This document shows positions 26,151-38,968 of a stretch of 64,000 bases of DNA, piece by piece. Location of the stretch: contig NC_045696.1 of NCBI RefSeq assembly GCF_009834535.1, positions 73,968,001-74,032,000 on the forward strand, read 5' to 3'. The stretch is from Camelus ferus. Its lineage: Eukaryota. Under the pieces are notes generated by a model. That model saw nothing but the letters and a program-made list of their open reading frames with translations. It had not been told where the DNA came from and did not search any database. A program made the position numbers and the translations under genes. Each line of letters starts with the position of its first letter. Positions within the stretch are counted from its first letter, which is position 1.

Positions 26151-27844
26151 GACTGATATGTTCATTTCCTCTCCCCACTCCATTGCTTTCCGTCTTCTCT
26201 TTCTCAGCTACCCAAAGCTCATGACAGTGTCAAGGGTAATGTTCGATTGGCATGTATTGTATGGCTCTTCCAGGAGTTAAAAATACTGAAATACTTTTTT
26301 ACTGGTTGGTAAAGAGCCTATACTCCAAGCTCTTTGACCCCACCCTCACCCCCACTAGCTTGGCCCTAGACCCTCCCCCAGAACTCACCAGGCCTCCCCC
26401 AAATCAGCAACAAAATGGTTCTTGCCTGCCACAAAAGGGGTCCTCAAAGACACTACTTTCTTACTCTGGCAGGCTGGAGTCTACTCTGCAAGGTCAGTGC
26501 TTGTACTGTATTGGTTGTAAGATACTTTTGATCTCGTACCTGGTTAGGATATCAACAGTTCAGTCTATATTTTCTGGGAGAGAGATGAAGAAGTATTAAA
26601 ATGATATAAATCAGTCTCAAGAGTTATGTTCACTGTCTTTGTTTCAGTTTGCTTATAGTTTTTAGTTTATTATCTACAGCCTTTGAAGCCCACAGCAGGG
26701 TAGCTAACTCGTTTTTTGAGTGAATTACTAACTTAGAATTTCACCTTAATTCCTTGGTTTATTGTGATTATATATTACTTTGAGGTTGTTTATTTTAATG
26801 ATAGAGTCACAGAGACTGTAATCTATGCTTCAAATAGAGTTTAAAATGTGTAGATCTAATCTCAGTAGAAGGTTAGCAGAGGGCACAACTTCAAATCTGT
26901 TTCTAGAGAACTAAATGCAGTCTTAGCACATAAAAAAGACTGTTGTTATAAATACTGTTTTGGAAATTGAGAACTAACTTATTTCAACTCCTATGATTGA
27001 GCCTAGAAAACAGCCAGTTTAGAGATTTTTAGTTTTATTGTTGTCTGTATATATGGAATCAAATCATAGATGCTGCAGTAAGATATTTAATGAAAAGAAA
27101 AGGGTTTGTATCCATTTTATGGTCTTTTAAACCACTAGATAGTGGTTACTTCCATAGATGTTTAAGGGAGGAATTAATGCTTTCAGAACACATGAATGGA
27201 ATCTTCTAGAGCACTTTCCTGAACTATCACAGCTCAGGAGGGAAAAACAAAAAGAGACAAAGGCTTCTTATTCAACTTTTAAGTGTCGGTATGTTTGACT
27301 TATTTGATTTCCCTTGATGAGGAAGTCAGGTTCCAGGAAGCAGCAGCTTTTCCTTTTCATACACTGTGTACGCATGCCACCAGTTTTTAAAACCTGTGAT
27401 TTTAAAAATAAATAGTATCATTAATTATTCCAAAGGTTCTATCTGAACTGACAAACATCAGTCTTAAGCCAGCAACTTATCATTTGTAATGATGAGTAGA
27501 CAATACCTAGAGAAGAAAGGGCTGCTGAGCAGGTAGTTTTTGTCATTTAAAAAAAAAAAAAAAAGATTTTCTCAGGGCACTCTAGAAAGTTTCCATAGAA
27601 TGTGAAAAGCAAAAGAAGCAGGGGGCAGCTTTCATTTCTGCATCTCCACATGGCATGGGCTTTTAATGTAGTGAATTATCTTAGTGTTTAATGCTAATGA
27701 GTTCACTCTCCTCCAGTAGAGACAGAGCAGTTGCATTTTGGTAGGAAAAAGTACAGAACATCACAACAGAAGTTCAAAGATTTCAGCAAGTTTCATTCAG
27801 ATAGCAAAATATACTCCATAAGGAAAAATGGATAACAAGTCCAC

Positions 27845-28240
27845 GAGGGCCAGATCATGAGTCAGGCCTTGGTAAGGAGTTTAGATTTTATTCTAAATGT
27901 CATGGGAAGCTATAGGAGGGTTTTGAGTAGATGGGTGATGTGATCTGTTTTAAAAATAATTACTCAGTATGCTCTGTGGAGATTAGACTGTAGAAGAGTA
28001 AGTGTAAAAGCAGGGAGGTGAATTAGGAGATAATTGCAACATTACAGGTGAAGGTGAACAGGAAGACGCACCAAGTAGTAGCAGCATAGTAGTCAGAAAT
28101 GGTTGGATTCTGGATTTGTTTTGATGGGAGACCTAAGATGGCTTGCTGTTGGGTTCTGGGGTGAGAGAAAGGTCAAAAATCAAGAATTACTCTTCGATTT
28201 TTTGACCTTAGCAACTGGATAAATATCGGTGCCCCACTAT
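27845..28240 (-). mobile_element. L2 fragment
   Basis: ggtaaggagtttagattttattctaaatg...gggaagctataggagggttttgag. Confidence 0.8.
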
Positions 28241-28369
28241 TGTAAACTAAAAAAACAGTCCCAGGAAGGATGCTATAATTATTATCCATTTTACCTTAGA
28301 AGACTATACAAAATCTCTTAATCTCTGTCATCGTCAGCCACCCAAACCTGTCAGCTCACCCATCGTCAA

Positions 28370-28628
28370 GGGGCAGTATAACACAGCATTTTAAGTGCAT
28401 GACTCTAGAGCCAGATTGGGTTAAAACCCTGGTTCTACACTTATTCTGCGTATGACATTGGCAGGTTACTTAATCTTCATGCCTCTGTTTCCTCAGCTGG
28501 AAAATGGAGATAAAAATGATGCTTATCTCATTGAATTTGCGACAATTAATCTATGAATTCACATATTCGTAGCTCTTGGAAAAATACCTGGCATATGGTT
28601 ATTCTCTGACTTAAGCTATTATTATCAC
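28370..28628 (+). mobile_element. MIR SINE
   Basis: gactctagagccagattgggttaaaaccctggttct...tgcctctgtttcctcagctggaaaatggagataa. Confidence 0.8.
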
Positions 28629-29304
28629 ACAGACTTTTATGTACATAAACCATGCTTATATCCTAGACCCTGTTTTTTGCCAGAATTGGAGTACATCTGC
28701 ATGGAGCTCTTGGAGGCTTTATTTAAATCCAAGAATCTTTTATATTAGTTCCAACTCCTCCTCCTTCCTCTCCCCTTACCTCCGTTCTTGTCCCGCTCCC
28801 ACTCTTCCCTGCTTCTCCTTCTCCTTCTTCTTAAGAGGAATCTGGTTAAGTGAGTTCCCTGAGGTCACAGAATTGATTAGTGGCTCAGCTGGGATGCCTA
28901 CTTGGGTAATTTTCACTGCATTTTTACATCCCTGCCTTTATTTTAATGTGAATTCTTAGTTTCTCCCATCCTATCAAATTTAATATCCCTATCAATAAAG
29001 CCACTTAAAGATTTTTGTAATATTGTCATTGATTATTAACAGTGACTACCATGCATAAATTGTATCTGACAGTTTTTGAGCCATATACTGAGTTGTATAA
29101 ACACATTGGACATTGCATTTTTTGTTTTGTTTTTAGCAGTAAAAGCAAAGACCAACAAATAAGATATTCATGTAAGTAAGAGAAATTTAGTAAGCAAGCT
29201 ATTTGGGAAATATAGTCTGATAAGAATGTTATTTCATGAAGTCTTGTGCAAGATAAAACAGTCAGCAAGGAAAGCTGAATGTGTTCACATTATAACAGAA
29301 CTAG

Positions 29305-29470
29305 CACTGTGCAGGGAACAAGCACTGAACTAGGCGTGTTCGTGACATAGATTCTGGTCCTAATGCTCTCTCTAACTGGTAGTTGTACTGTGTCAAAGAA
29401 GTCATGCAACCTCCCTGCACCTTAGTGCTTTGCATGTGCAATGAAAAGAGGGGACCAGGTTATCCTGGGA
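29305..29470 (+). mobile_element. MIR SINE
   Basis: gcactgaactagg...gattctggtcctaatgctct...caacctccctgcaccttagt. Confidence 0.55.
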
Positions 29471-30499
29471 TCTGTGCTGATCACTGGACTACTAATGTAA
29501 CAGCGAAGTGATTTTGCAACCATTTTTGATTATGTTCATTAACTCTTATTCAAAGGAATCATCATAGAACCATTTGAAAAATATTAGCTATAGATAGTAT
29601 AGGAGTTGAAGAAAAAGTTAAAAACAGAATCAAATAAATGTATTTTCTCTGAGCAAAAAGCAGCCATCAGTTTCACAGAATCTGAAGTCTGGTAAGGAAT
29701 GAGCAGCAGGATGATTTTAAGAGCTCTTCTTGAGAAACCTTGTGATTATCAGACTCAACATTAGTCCAGCCTTGCTATGCCCTGCCTTGACCTTGTATGC
29801 TATTTGTAGCTACTGACTCTAGAGTCTGGCATTCTTCTCCCAAACCCAACCTACAGACATTACTTGCCTGCAGACTTCCATAAAGTATAGCATTGTCAGA
29901 CTCCCTCTAAGCGTGCTTCACCTGCTCCTGTGAGGAGGGCCTGAACCGGTTACTTCTTCTGGGAGATTCTATCTGGCCCACCTATCTGGCTTCCCAGGGT
30001 ATCTGGTGCATCTTGATGATTGTATTTCCTTTCACTGCTCAGAGTCAATTTTGTCTCCCAGTGTGGACCCACTAGGTGGACATTCATTCCTGCTGGAATT
30101 TCTGAGCCCATTCTGACAGCAGGGTCTCAGAGCTTTTTATCTTCTCTATAGTTCCTAGGTCTGCAGGGCTGGACCACTCACAAATATTTTCCAGCATCAC
30201 CTCCAAAAACCTTCTTGTTCATCATGAGCTCTCTGGTTGAAGGCTCATTTTAAAGCAATTATTTTCAGAAATGAGCTGAAAGCCACTAGTGCTGTACTAA
30301 GGAACATCTGGTACCATCCCTTAACATCCTAGCCATGCATTCAGTTCTACTCAATCTCATGGAAGCAGTCGGTTGCTATGGCTTGTTTAAAAAGTCAGAT
30401 GCTGAGTTTGTCATATTGTCAGGACTAGAGCCAGAGCCTTTGACCCAGAGGCTACTGTTATTTTTTTAAGGATGCTGCCAAAGGATTTGAAAGGATATA

Positions 30500-30620
30500 G
30501 AGTTCATTTACTTAACAAACTTTTTAAAACACCAACAGTATACAAGGCTTGTATGCATGGGGTTAGAGATAAAAATGGTGAAAAAGGCATGTGTCCCTCC
30601 TGATAAAGGTCTGAGGTATT
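30500..30620 (-). mobile_element. L2 3' fragment
   Basis: ttcatttacttaacaaac...ggttagagataaaaatggtgaaaaaggcatg. Confidence 0.55.
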
Positions 30621-31284
30621 TAGAGGACTTGGAAGTAGTTATAGACTCTCTCCACATGTCTAGAGTGTATATGCAAACTGAATCAGTGAAGGTCCTAAAC
30701 ATGCCTTATTTACTCAAGATAGATATGTAAACTGTGATTGGGTATATTTTCTTTGAACAAAAGAAATATATAGATTGCATAAATAAGTACTCAGTAAAAG
30801 ATTATTGTATAACTAAATTAATAATCAAATGTTTTTATAAAATGATCACGCTCTAGTCCACTACCATGGAAGTCAAAATAGTAGAACTGAGTAGCTGCAA
30901 CTCCTGGCTATTGTTTGGCAAACACATAGGCAAGAACCCAGTCTTGGATATTCCACACGATTATAGGCATTTTAGATTTGAGGGGTAACTCCGCTAACAC
31001 AGAGGGACCAGCAGGAAATTTCCATGCTGGTCAACGCAATGATAGTTTTTCAGTTACCTCTGTGAAATTCATTGCGATGTTGGCTGTTAGCAAGTGCTAC
31101 AGATGAGACTGGGAATTACTGTCAACAGAAAAAGTACTTTAATATTTACACTTTTAACCACAAATGAAATTTAGGTAGCTAACTTAAAAGTGATTCATAC
31201 TTAACTTTAACAGAATATTGATTTGTGCATTGTTAGATACTCTAAATATTTATATCCCTTAAATTTTGAAATGGTTTAAAATGG

Positions 31285-31428
31285 TTTGTGTGGTATAGTG
31301 GAAAGAAAACAGAGCCTGTTGTAAATTCAAATCCCAGAACAGCCACTTATGAACTTATTATTTGACCTCTTCTATTGAGCAAGTTATTTGACCTCTTTAG
31401 CTTCCCATTTTTCTTCTGTAAAATTGAG

Positions 31429-31477
<49 letters not shown>

Positions 31478-31560
31478 CTAATTCATAATAATTTTGAAAT
31501 AATGTGTAAAAAATAGCTAGTGTAGTGCCTGGCACATAATAAGTACTCAATAAAAGTTGA
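31285..31560 (+). mobile_element. MIR SINE containing an expanded (ATA)n
   Basis: gtggtatagtggaaaga...gagcaagttatttgacctct...tagtgcctggcacataataagtactcaataaa. Confidence 0.8.
31429..31476 (+). repeat. (ATA)16 microsatellite
   Basis: Perfect 48-nt trinucleotide repeat; produces the poly-Ile run in ORF 31347-31550. Confidence 0.95.
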
Positions 31561-32829
31561 TTTTTTGTATTAATACAATACCTTACATGTACTAGATTCT
31601 TGTAAACATTTGTTGAATGAATGATCAGATGAATGACTGCAACATTTTGCTTATCTTGATATAGGGGATTGTTTAGACTATCTTGTAAGTAAAATGGCTA
31701 GAAAAAAAGTTTTTAGTTGCTATTATTTTAATAATAAATAAATATCTTTTTGAAGTTAAGTTCCCATATATGATTTAAATCTTGCCTCAGTTGAGAGTGT
31801 ATCCCTCTGCTTTTCTTTTCAATGGTCATTTTCTTGTCAAATGTCATTAGATTAGAAAAACATTACCAAGTTTCCATTGCTGACAAAGGTGATGGATTTC
31901 AATCTGTATGGATATTAAAAAGATAAGTAATGACTCAGGAATTAAGTAATTGTGCAGATTTTTTAATATCAATTTTGCAATCAATGTTGCCAAAATATCA
32001 TTTTATTATTTTAAGAAGAATAAACAACAGCAAAAAAATCTATTAAAAAAAAGAAGCCTAATTTGTATCAAAGAGCCCCATGTAGTAGGTTTTTTTTTCT
32101 TCTTCAAAGAAAAGGGTTCTAAAATCAATTAAGTCACTCTTTTGATTTATAGTTGGTGAGTAGATAAAGTATTATTGGTCTAAATATCAGCTGTTTCTTA
32201 GGATATAAGGCAAGAAAAAGAGCTAATACTCTTAAGAGGTGGTGATTGGCTCTCTGAGGGGGTCTTCCAGAATCACCTACATTAACTATTTAATAAATTA
32301 TTGATCAATTACTGATGAAATTAAGGAGTTCCAAGATGATTTTAGGAAGCAACATCCTAAGATATAACTGATATAAAATTAGTTTAGAAATTTGTAATAT
32401 ACCATTATGTTGTAATGGCAGACTTTTAGTAACTGAAATATAGGAGACAAAGAACAGAGAGAATGAATTTTTTAATGACTCATTCATTAGTGTATTCAAC
32501 AAACATTAATTGAATATTTCGCCCTCGAACTATATACCAGGGAGACAAACAACTCAGTGGCTTTGCATACATTATTTCTTCCTCCAAGAATGCCTTTCTA
32601 CTAGTTCTCCATCTGGAAAACCACTCATTCCTCCAGGTTCAGTTCAAAAGAAATTCCCTGTACAGAGCTAATTAGTTGGTCATGCCTCTGTGCTTTGATA
32701 TATTACTTGTATATTTTATTACTTGCATATTTCTAAATAGATACAAGTAATGTATTTACTGACTCAATATATCTACCAATTTAAGTGTAAACTCTTCAAG
32801 AACAGGTACCACTATTAAACTTCTGGTAT

Positions 32830-33400
32830 CTTTCCTTCTTGCATTTTAAGGTACATTTTTTTCCTTTATATAATTGTGGTAATCTTTTTGTTTCATTCTC
32901 TAAAAATTATATAAGTAACCACTCATGCAATTAAATAGTCTTCAAATCTGTTATTTTTATTAGAAGCATAATACCACATGTATGAATCATAATTAATTTA
33001 GCCATTCATCTACTTTTGGACAATTAGGTTATTTTCAGTTTACAAGCCTTATAAATAATTCTGAAATCCTGAAAGATAAATAATTGTCCATACCTCTGAT
33101 TGTTTAGAGTTTTAAAATTTCTAGAAGTGCTATTACTATGTCAAGTGATATGAGCACTATTAAGGCTCTCACTGTAAATGGCCAAATTGATTTCTAAGTA
33201 GTCTGTTCCATGAGTAATAAATGAGAATGTCTATTTTACCACACCCACTCTTGCCAACCCTAGACATTATTATTTCAAAAACCTGTGTCTATTTGGTATG
33301 CAATAAATAGCTCTTTTATTTCTTGAATGAGTTTATGTTTTTATATTATTTACTCTTGTCCTTTGGGCAGTTGTGTATTCAACTACTTGGTTATTTTCTG
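32830..33400 (-). mobile_element. Old L1ME 3' region fragment
   Basis: cataattaatttagccattcatctacttttggacaattaggttattttcag...ctagaagtgctattactatgtcaa. Confidence 0.7.
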
Positions 33401-33699
33401 TGCTCCTTTTAGAAAAAGAAGTTAATAAGGTTAAAGAAAAATAAACTTAAAAAGTACTTTAAAAAAGGCAAAAATATTTAAGTAGTATACATTGTAAGTC
33501 AATTTTTAATTGTTGATAAATACAGATATTAATGTAATTGCCATTGTGGTAAAAATAACTTATGAAAAAATACTCTTATCCTTGTCATTCAGTCACATAT
33601 TACATTATTAAATGTGCCATTGTTTCCTCTAAATTTGCAGAGTAGCACAAGTTGTGTCAGGAACATCCAAGGTGTTAAAATAACGCAATAACAACTGGG

Positions 33700-34392
33700 A
33701 TAGCATACCCTTAGAGTGGTTAAAATGAAAAAAAAAAAAAAAAAAGAAAGATCTGACAATACTAAATGGTGACAAGTTTATGGAGCAACTAGAGCTCTCA
33801 TGCTGGTGAGAATGTGAAATGGTCCAACTACTTTGGAAAATTAATGGATATTTTTCAAGTTAAACATATACGTGTCATATGACCCAGCCATTCTGTTCTA
33901 GATAAAAACTTGTATGTGAATATTTATAGCAGCTTTATTTTTAATAGCCCCAAACTAGAAATAACCTAAATATTCATCAATGCTTAAATGAATAAATGTA
34001 TGGTATATCTATACAGTGCAATACTACTCAGCAATAAAAAGGGAATGAACATTAATACATCCAGTAACGTGGATTAATCTCAAAATTAAGCAGAGTGAGA
34101 GAATTCAGGCTAAAAAGAGTACCATATACTGTGTGATTTCATTTATGCAGAATTCTAGAAGATGCAAATTAATCTATAGTGACCGAAAACAAATCAGTGG
34201 TCATCCAGGGGTAGAGGTGGAGGGAGGAATGGAATACAGAGGGGCTTGAGGTAAATTTTTGGGATAATGTGCCATGTCATTTTGATTGTGGTGGTGGTTT
34301 TATGGGTATATACATGGGTCAAAACTGATCACATTGTATACTTTAAGACATTTATTGTACTTCAATTATATTTCAGTTAAGTTAAAAAAAAT
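33700..34392 (+). mobile_element. L1ME/MD-type LINE-1 3' end
   Basis: ctgacaatactaaatggtgacaag...ggagcaactagagctctca...catatgacccagccatt...atactactcagcaataaaaag. Confidence 0.85.
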
Positions 34393-35199
34393 TAGAAGGA
34401 GATGGCAGTGTAGTGGAATAGAAATGAATACTACAGTTGTAGCTCTGGCTTTGCTGGTAAACTTTTGAAAAACAGTTATCACCCTAGGCCATATTTTTCT
34501 CATTTGTAACAAGAAAATTTTTGGTTAACAGTGTTCCAGAGTTGTAGGTTTATAAGGGAAAACCAGAATTAAACATAGTCTGTTAATTTACTATAATAAA
34601 TAAAATGGCCAGTTATTCTGTTGATCTGTTGATTTTAAACATATTTAGGATTATTTTAAGAACCTAAGCCTCTGACATTTCTTGAAATATTGAAAAATTC
34701 ATCAAAATATATCTCCCTCCCCAAACCTTACTTGTAGGAGATCTAAAATCTAGGTTGGCCTTAGAGATTATCTATTAGGTTGATATAATTCAGCTTGGTG
34801 CCAAATTTAATTTATGATGTCCATTAGAGAGTCTATATAAAATGCATTTGGGGACTTAATTCTGAAAGCTTAGAGCTATCAAACATAGTGAGGCATAGCT
34901 AAAGTAATTTTATTTTTCCAGATTCTAAAAGGTATATTATTAAGTACCTTTATAAGATGTGCACTAAACCTGTTTTTTTTTTTTTTTTAAGTTATTAGCA
35001 GTTTGATTTGTTTGGACATAGTTGCAGGTAGTAATTTATCATAGTCTCTTCTTTTATGAAAAAAAAAGTATCCATCAGATGTCATCCAATGACCTAAATC
35101 TGCCACGTGAACATCTTACATTTGGTTTAGAGTGAAGTATTTATGAAACTTTAAATCTTCATTCATGAATTTTTTGCTGTTGTTTAAGATATATAGCTA

Positions 35200-35380
35200 T
35201 TTAATTGAATTATAGAAACTGAAAACTGAATGAGACCTTATAGATGATTTAACTATAACCTTCATTTTAGGATAAGGATGCTGAGATTTGGCTATATATA
35301 TATATCACTTGCATAAGAACACGCATCAGATTTGGAAGACCTGAGGTTTGAACTAAGATTTTCACCCCTGATAGATCACC
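35200..35380 (-). mobile_element. MIR SINE
   Basis: ccttcattttaggataaggatgctgagat...ctgaggtttgaactaag. Confidence 0.55.
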
Positions 35381-36385
35381 CTTTCTTGTACATCACCTGG
35401 AACACAGTAGATTCTCAATAAATATCTACTGACTGAATGAATGGATCATTGTGGCAAAATACTTTAACCCCACAAGCTACCCTTATAAGATAATGGATGT
35501 AAGGGAAAGAGATTCAAATTAAGAATCAGGAGGTTTCAGTTTGAGGTCAAGCCTAGTTACTTTTGAAGTCACTTTACCTGTAAGTTTTTGTTTCTAAAAT
35601 GAAGTCATTGGCCTTATATAATCCAAGATTCTTTCATTTTTTAAAAATGTATACTATCAAAAACTTAAAGACTAATGACTGTGTTTTTGTTTAGTATGTT
35701 AACTGCAACTAGATTTAATAATCTACTTTGAAGTCTGTTTTTTGGGCTCATCTACCTTCATATTTTTGCCAAGAACATTGAAATTTATCTCAGATTCTGA
35801 GAAAAGTGCGCTCAGTATTTGAGGAAATATTTGCATGCAGGATGCTGATCAGGACCATTTTAATATTAGCTTATATTTTTAATGTTTCAAAAACATGCTA
35901 CTAATTAGTTTTAAAATATGGGGCTAACAAGACCAGGACTGAGTATGTGGAGGTATGAAACACTTTTCTCTCCATCCTCCCTTATTTCCAGCTCCATTTC
36001 CTGATTTGTCTGAGATCCAGGGTCAGACTCATACTGACATTTGTGACATTTATGAAGGTTGGAAAGTGGCTCAATAGGAATCTTTGAAGGAAACCAGAGT
36101 GAGATAAGAGATAAAATGGCTCCAGAGACAAAAGAACTATCACAGCAAATGAAGGTGACTGTCACAATGGGAAGGGAGAATTAGTGTAGGATATAGATGT
36201 ATGAATAAAATTTCTTTCTGCTTAGACTCTTGTGGGTGCTTATGACCTTGAAAACAGAGATGTTTGTGTGCTAGGGTTGAAAGCACTTTATCACGATGAT
36301 CCCAAGCTTTTCTGCTTTGGGATTCCTTCTGCCTTCATACATGAAGAGATGAAAAAGTTGTGGGTTCTTGTCCCTGCGAATGGTG

Positions 36386-36403
36386 GTCACGTTGAGGTCA
36401 CCA
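36386..36403 (-). other. Retroviral primer-binding site (tRNA-Trp), distal copy
   Basis: Minus strand TGGTGACCTCAACGTGAC versus canonical PBS-Trp TGGTGACCCCGACGTGAT (15/18). Confidence 0.75.
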
Positions 36404-36432
36404 GTTGTGGGTTCTCATCTCGGAGAGTGGTG

Positions 36433-36450
36433 ATCACATTGGGGTCACCA
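36433..36450 (-). other. Retroviral primer-binding site (tRNA-Trp), LTR-proximal copy
   Basis: Minus strand TGGTGACCCCAATGTGAT versus TGGTGACCCCGACGTGAT (16/18, both mismatches are CpG transitions), 2 nt after the LTR-terminal CA. Confidence 0.85.
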
Positions 36451-38599
36451 GTTGTGGGTTCTGTTCGTCATGGGTTTTGTCCAGCAAAAGTCCCCACTGC
36501 AGAAGAACAAAATTACTCAAGACTTTATCAAGTCAACAGAGTGACAGTGAGCCAGAGACCAACTTCCCGAGCTCCTCCAAAGCTCTTGTATTTACTGAGA
36601 ATAGTCAAACAAAGAATCAAAATAAAATACGTCATAGGAATAAGTAAGGAGCATGGTGTATGTGCAGGGATGCAGGTCAGTATTTTCAGTTTGTGAAAAA
36701 CAGAAACATTATAATCTTAATTTATACTTAGAGAGAAGGTTACAATATTAATAGTACAAACAGTTATTTTACACCTTAATCATGAGCAGGGTTACAGTGT
36801 TCCGAACAATTGATAATGAAAACCCAGACCAGCACAGAGTATACAATGATCAGAAATCGTCTAAACATGTGAAGCAGCCCAGCTGTTCCCAGCTAAGGGC
36901 TAAGTCGCAGTCTTCTGTGAGCAAGAGCAGCCTACACTATCCACCTGCGCCTGATAAGCGAAGCATGTCCTGCCGGTTAGGGCAGGGGACGAGTTATGGT
37001 TTTCTGTAAGCACAAGCAGCCCTGAATCTATGACCTCAAACTAAGCAACGCAAGCAAAGTATGTCTCTGCTTTTTACAGCAAGGAGACAGTTTGTAGCAG
37101 ATTCCTGCAAAGCAGCTTCAAGGCAAATAAGCTAAATTCCATAGATAAGGTGGTGACTGGTATTGAGAGTTTAGTCTTTTGTGCTCTTAGACATTTTGCT
37201 TTGAATTAGCAGTATAAAGACAAATATAGAAAGCATTGGTTTTGATTATACATTTCTTATGTGTTTATATAAAGGTGAGAATATGATTTGGTAAAAGCAA
37301 TCATTACAATATCAAAGTTTGTTAACCCAAGTTTGTGCTCCCACAAAAAGTGGCAACCATTTCTCTCCAGGTGAGGACTGGAGGTCAAGACTGGGTTAAC
37401 ACCAGTATGGCCAGAATAGAGTTGCAGGTGGTGTTCATGCCAGGAACTTGGAGGCAGAAAGATTTCTTAGGCACCAGATGTTGAGAAAATAGACACAACA
37501 GAGGATGTCAAAGGTCACTACCACCATTGTGTTCCTTGCCAAGCAGAATTAGCCAAAAGGAATGTTAAGAGCGAGAGTATAAGGGCAGCTGAGATAGGAA
37601 GCTACGCATAGCCTATGTGAGATATTCCTTCCACATTCGCATGGAAAATCCAAGGACACCAGAAAGGATGGAAGGCCTGCCATTTGGCAAGTGGAGACTA
37701 TTAATATAGTGGTGTTGGGGAAAAAACATTACAGTGGCTATACGTAAGATCCACAAGCAGACAGTAACGAGGGACTCACTTGAGTTAAGATAATATTTCA
37801 TAAAATAAAAATTTAAAATCTAACTAGTTTAGTTAAGATTATGGTTTGTATAGAAGAACCTGTTGTTGACCAAAATTGGAAGAGTGATTTCTTTCATATT
37901 ACAAGTACAATAGACTGGTTTATAGATTGTACATTTGGTCCATAGTTCAAAAGCTGAGGTCCCAGGTTAGTCAAAGGGTCTCACATCAGTTACTGCCTAG
38001 GGCTGTTGATCACCCATATCCTATATTTTAGACATGTAGCTCAAAGGTGTCCTTTATGGTGTCTCTGTATTCCTATTGTCTGTTTTGATTTTCTGCATTA
38101 AATTTAGCAAATTTCTGCTCCCTGGTTATCTTGTTACTTTCTCTCTCTCAACATATCAAGACTTTTACCCAAACATTGCATCCGTAATGTAAAATAAGTT
38201 TGATTTGTGTTGTTATCTTGCCATTTAACCATTTAACAGCATGGTCACTTTGTGCTGGATTGGGGCTTTGAGGGAGTTTAATTGCGTTCATTTGGAGGTC
38301 CTGAAAAATCACTGCAGTGCTCATTCAGTTTTTCTCTTTAGGTCTCTCTCCTTCATTTGTGTTTGAAGGAAGGATGAGTTGGAGGAAGAAATAGGGAAGA
38401 GGAAGGAAAACAGTTCCCTTTCAATCTCCACTTGAGTTTTTAAGAAGAAACATCAAAGAAATTATTCCACATCTTAAAGTGAACAGATTCAGCTCATGGT
38501 AAAAAAAAACATTCATTTGTAAAAATACATTTGAGTTTTAACTTCAAAGTGGAGTCAGAATTTTTAGATTCTGACTATTTTTTTTTTTTGGTAGCCAGA

Positions 38600-38785
38600 T
38601 TTGGTAAACATTTATTGAGGACTTACTCTGTGCCAGAGTCTTCAGATGTAATAAGTAAATAAAATCAGGGAGTGTTCCTTGAGGTAATTAATATTTAGTC
38701 ACATTTTACTGATGAAGAAACTGAGGTGAAATAAAGTATGGCTAATAAATGGCAGGATCAGGATTAGAGTTCAGGCCCAGCCATT
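38600..38785 (-). mobile_element. MIR/L2 fragments
   Basis: catttattgaggacttactctgtgccag and cattttactgatgaagaaactgagg. Confidence 0.65.
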
Positions 38786-38804
38786 ACTTCCCCAGTGTGC
38801 CCAG

Positions 38805-38968
38805 CAGTATTTCCCAAACTAATCTGTGCATAACTCACCTGAGGGTCTTGCTGAACAGTGGGTCCTAAAACAGCAGGTCTGGGGTGGAGCCTGAGATTCT
38901 GCTTTTGTAACAGCTCCCAGGGAATGCTGATGCTCTTGGTTCACAAACTACGCTTTGAGTGGCAAGGC
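38805..38968. mobile_element. MER5A hAT-Charlie MITE
   Basis: caggtctggggtggagcctgagattctgcttttgtaacagctcccagg...gctgatgct...ctttgagtggcaagg. Confidence 0.85.

Larger units (their letters stand above)
36359..37143 (-). mobile_element. ERV solo LTR (relatively young) with a tandemly duplicated U5-end/PBS unit
   Basis: Minus strand starts TATGGAATTT and ends gaacccaCA; TATA-like TAAATA near 36590; retained CpGs at 36940-36995; two tRNA-Trp-complementary PBS copies. Confidence 0.7.

Noticed and set aside
26335..26402. C-rich tract that could form a minus-strand G-quadruplex
   Set aside because: Irregular loops, a common motif class, and no promoter or other functional context.
26473..26492. 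Possible 20-nt micro-exon (ctggcag|...aag|gtcagt)
   Set aside because: Not frame-preserving, no supporting neighbouring exons, and the two splice-like words may come from a 20-bp tandem duplication (tactctggcagg/tactctgcaagg).
27490..27530. C box (atgatga) and D box (ctga) suggesting a C/D snoRNA
   Set aside because: The boxes are only about 40 nt apart and there is no terminal stem.
36356..36462. Repeat-spacer pattern superficially like a mini CRISPR array
   Set aside because: Mammalian DNA with no cas genes; the spacers are homologous to each other and the unit is explained by LTR end plus PBS.
36232..36696. 154-aa ORF with the repeated peptide VTSCGF/SPVVG
   Set aside because: It runs antisense through the LTR and the 47-bp tandem unit, starts at GTG, and resembles no protein.
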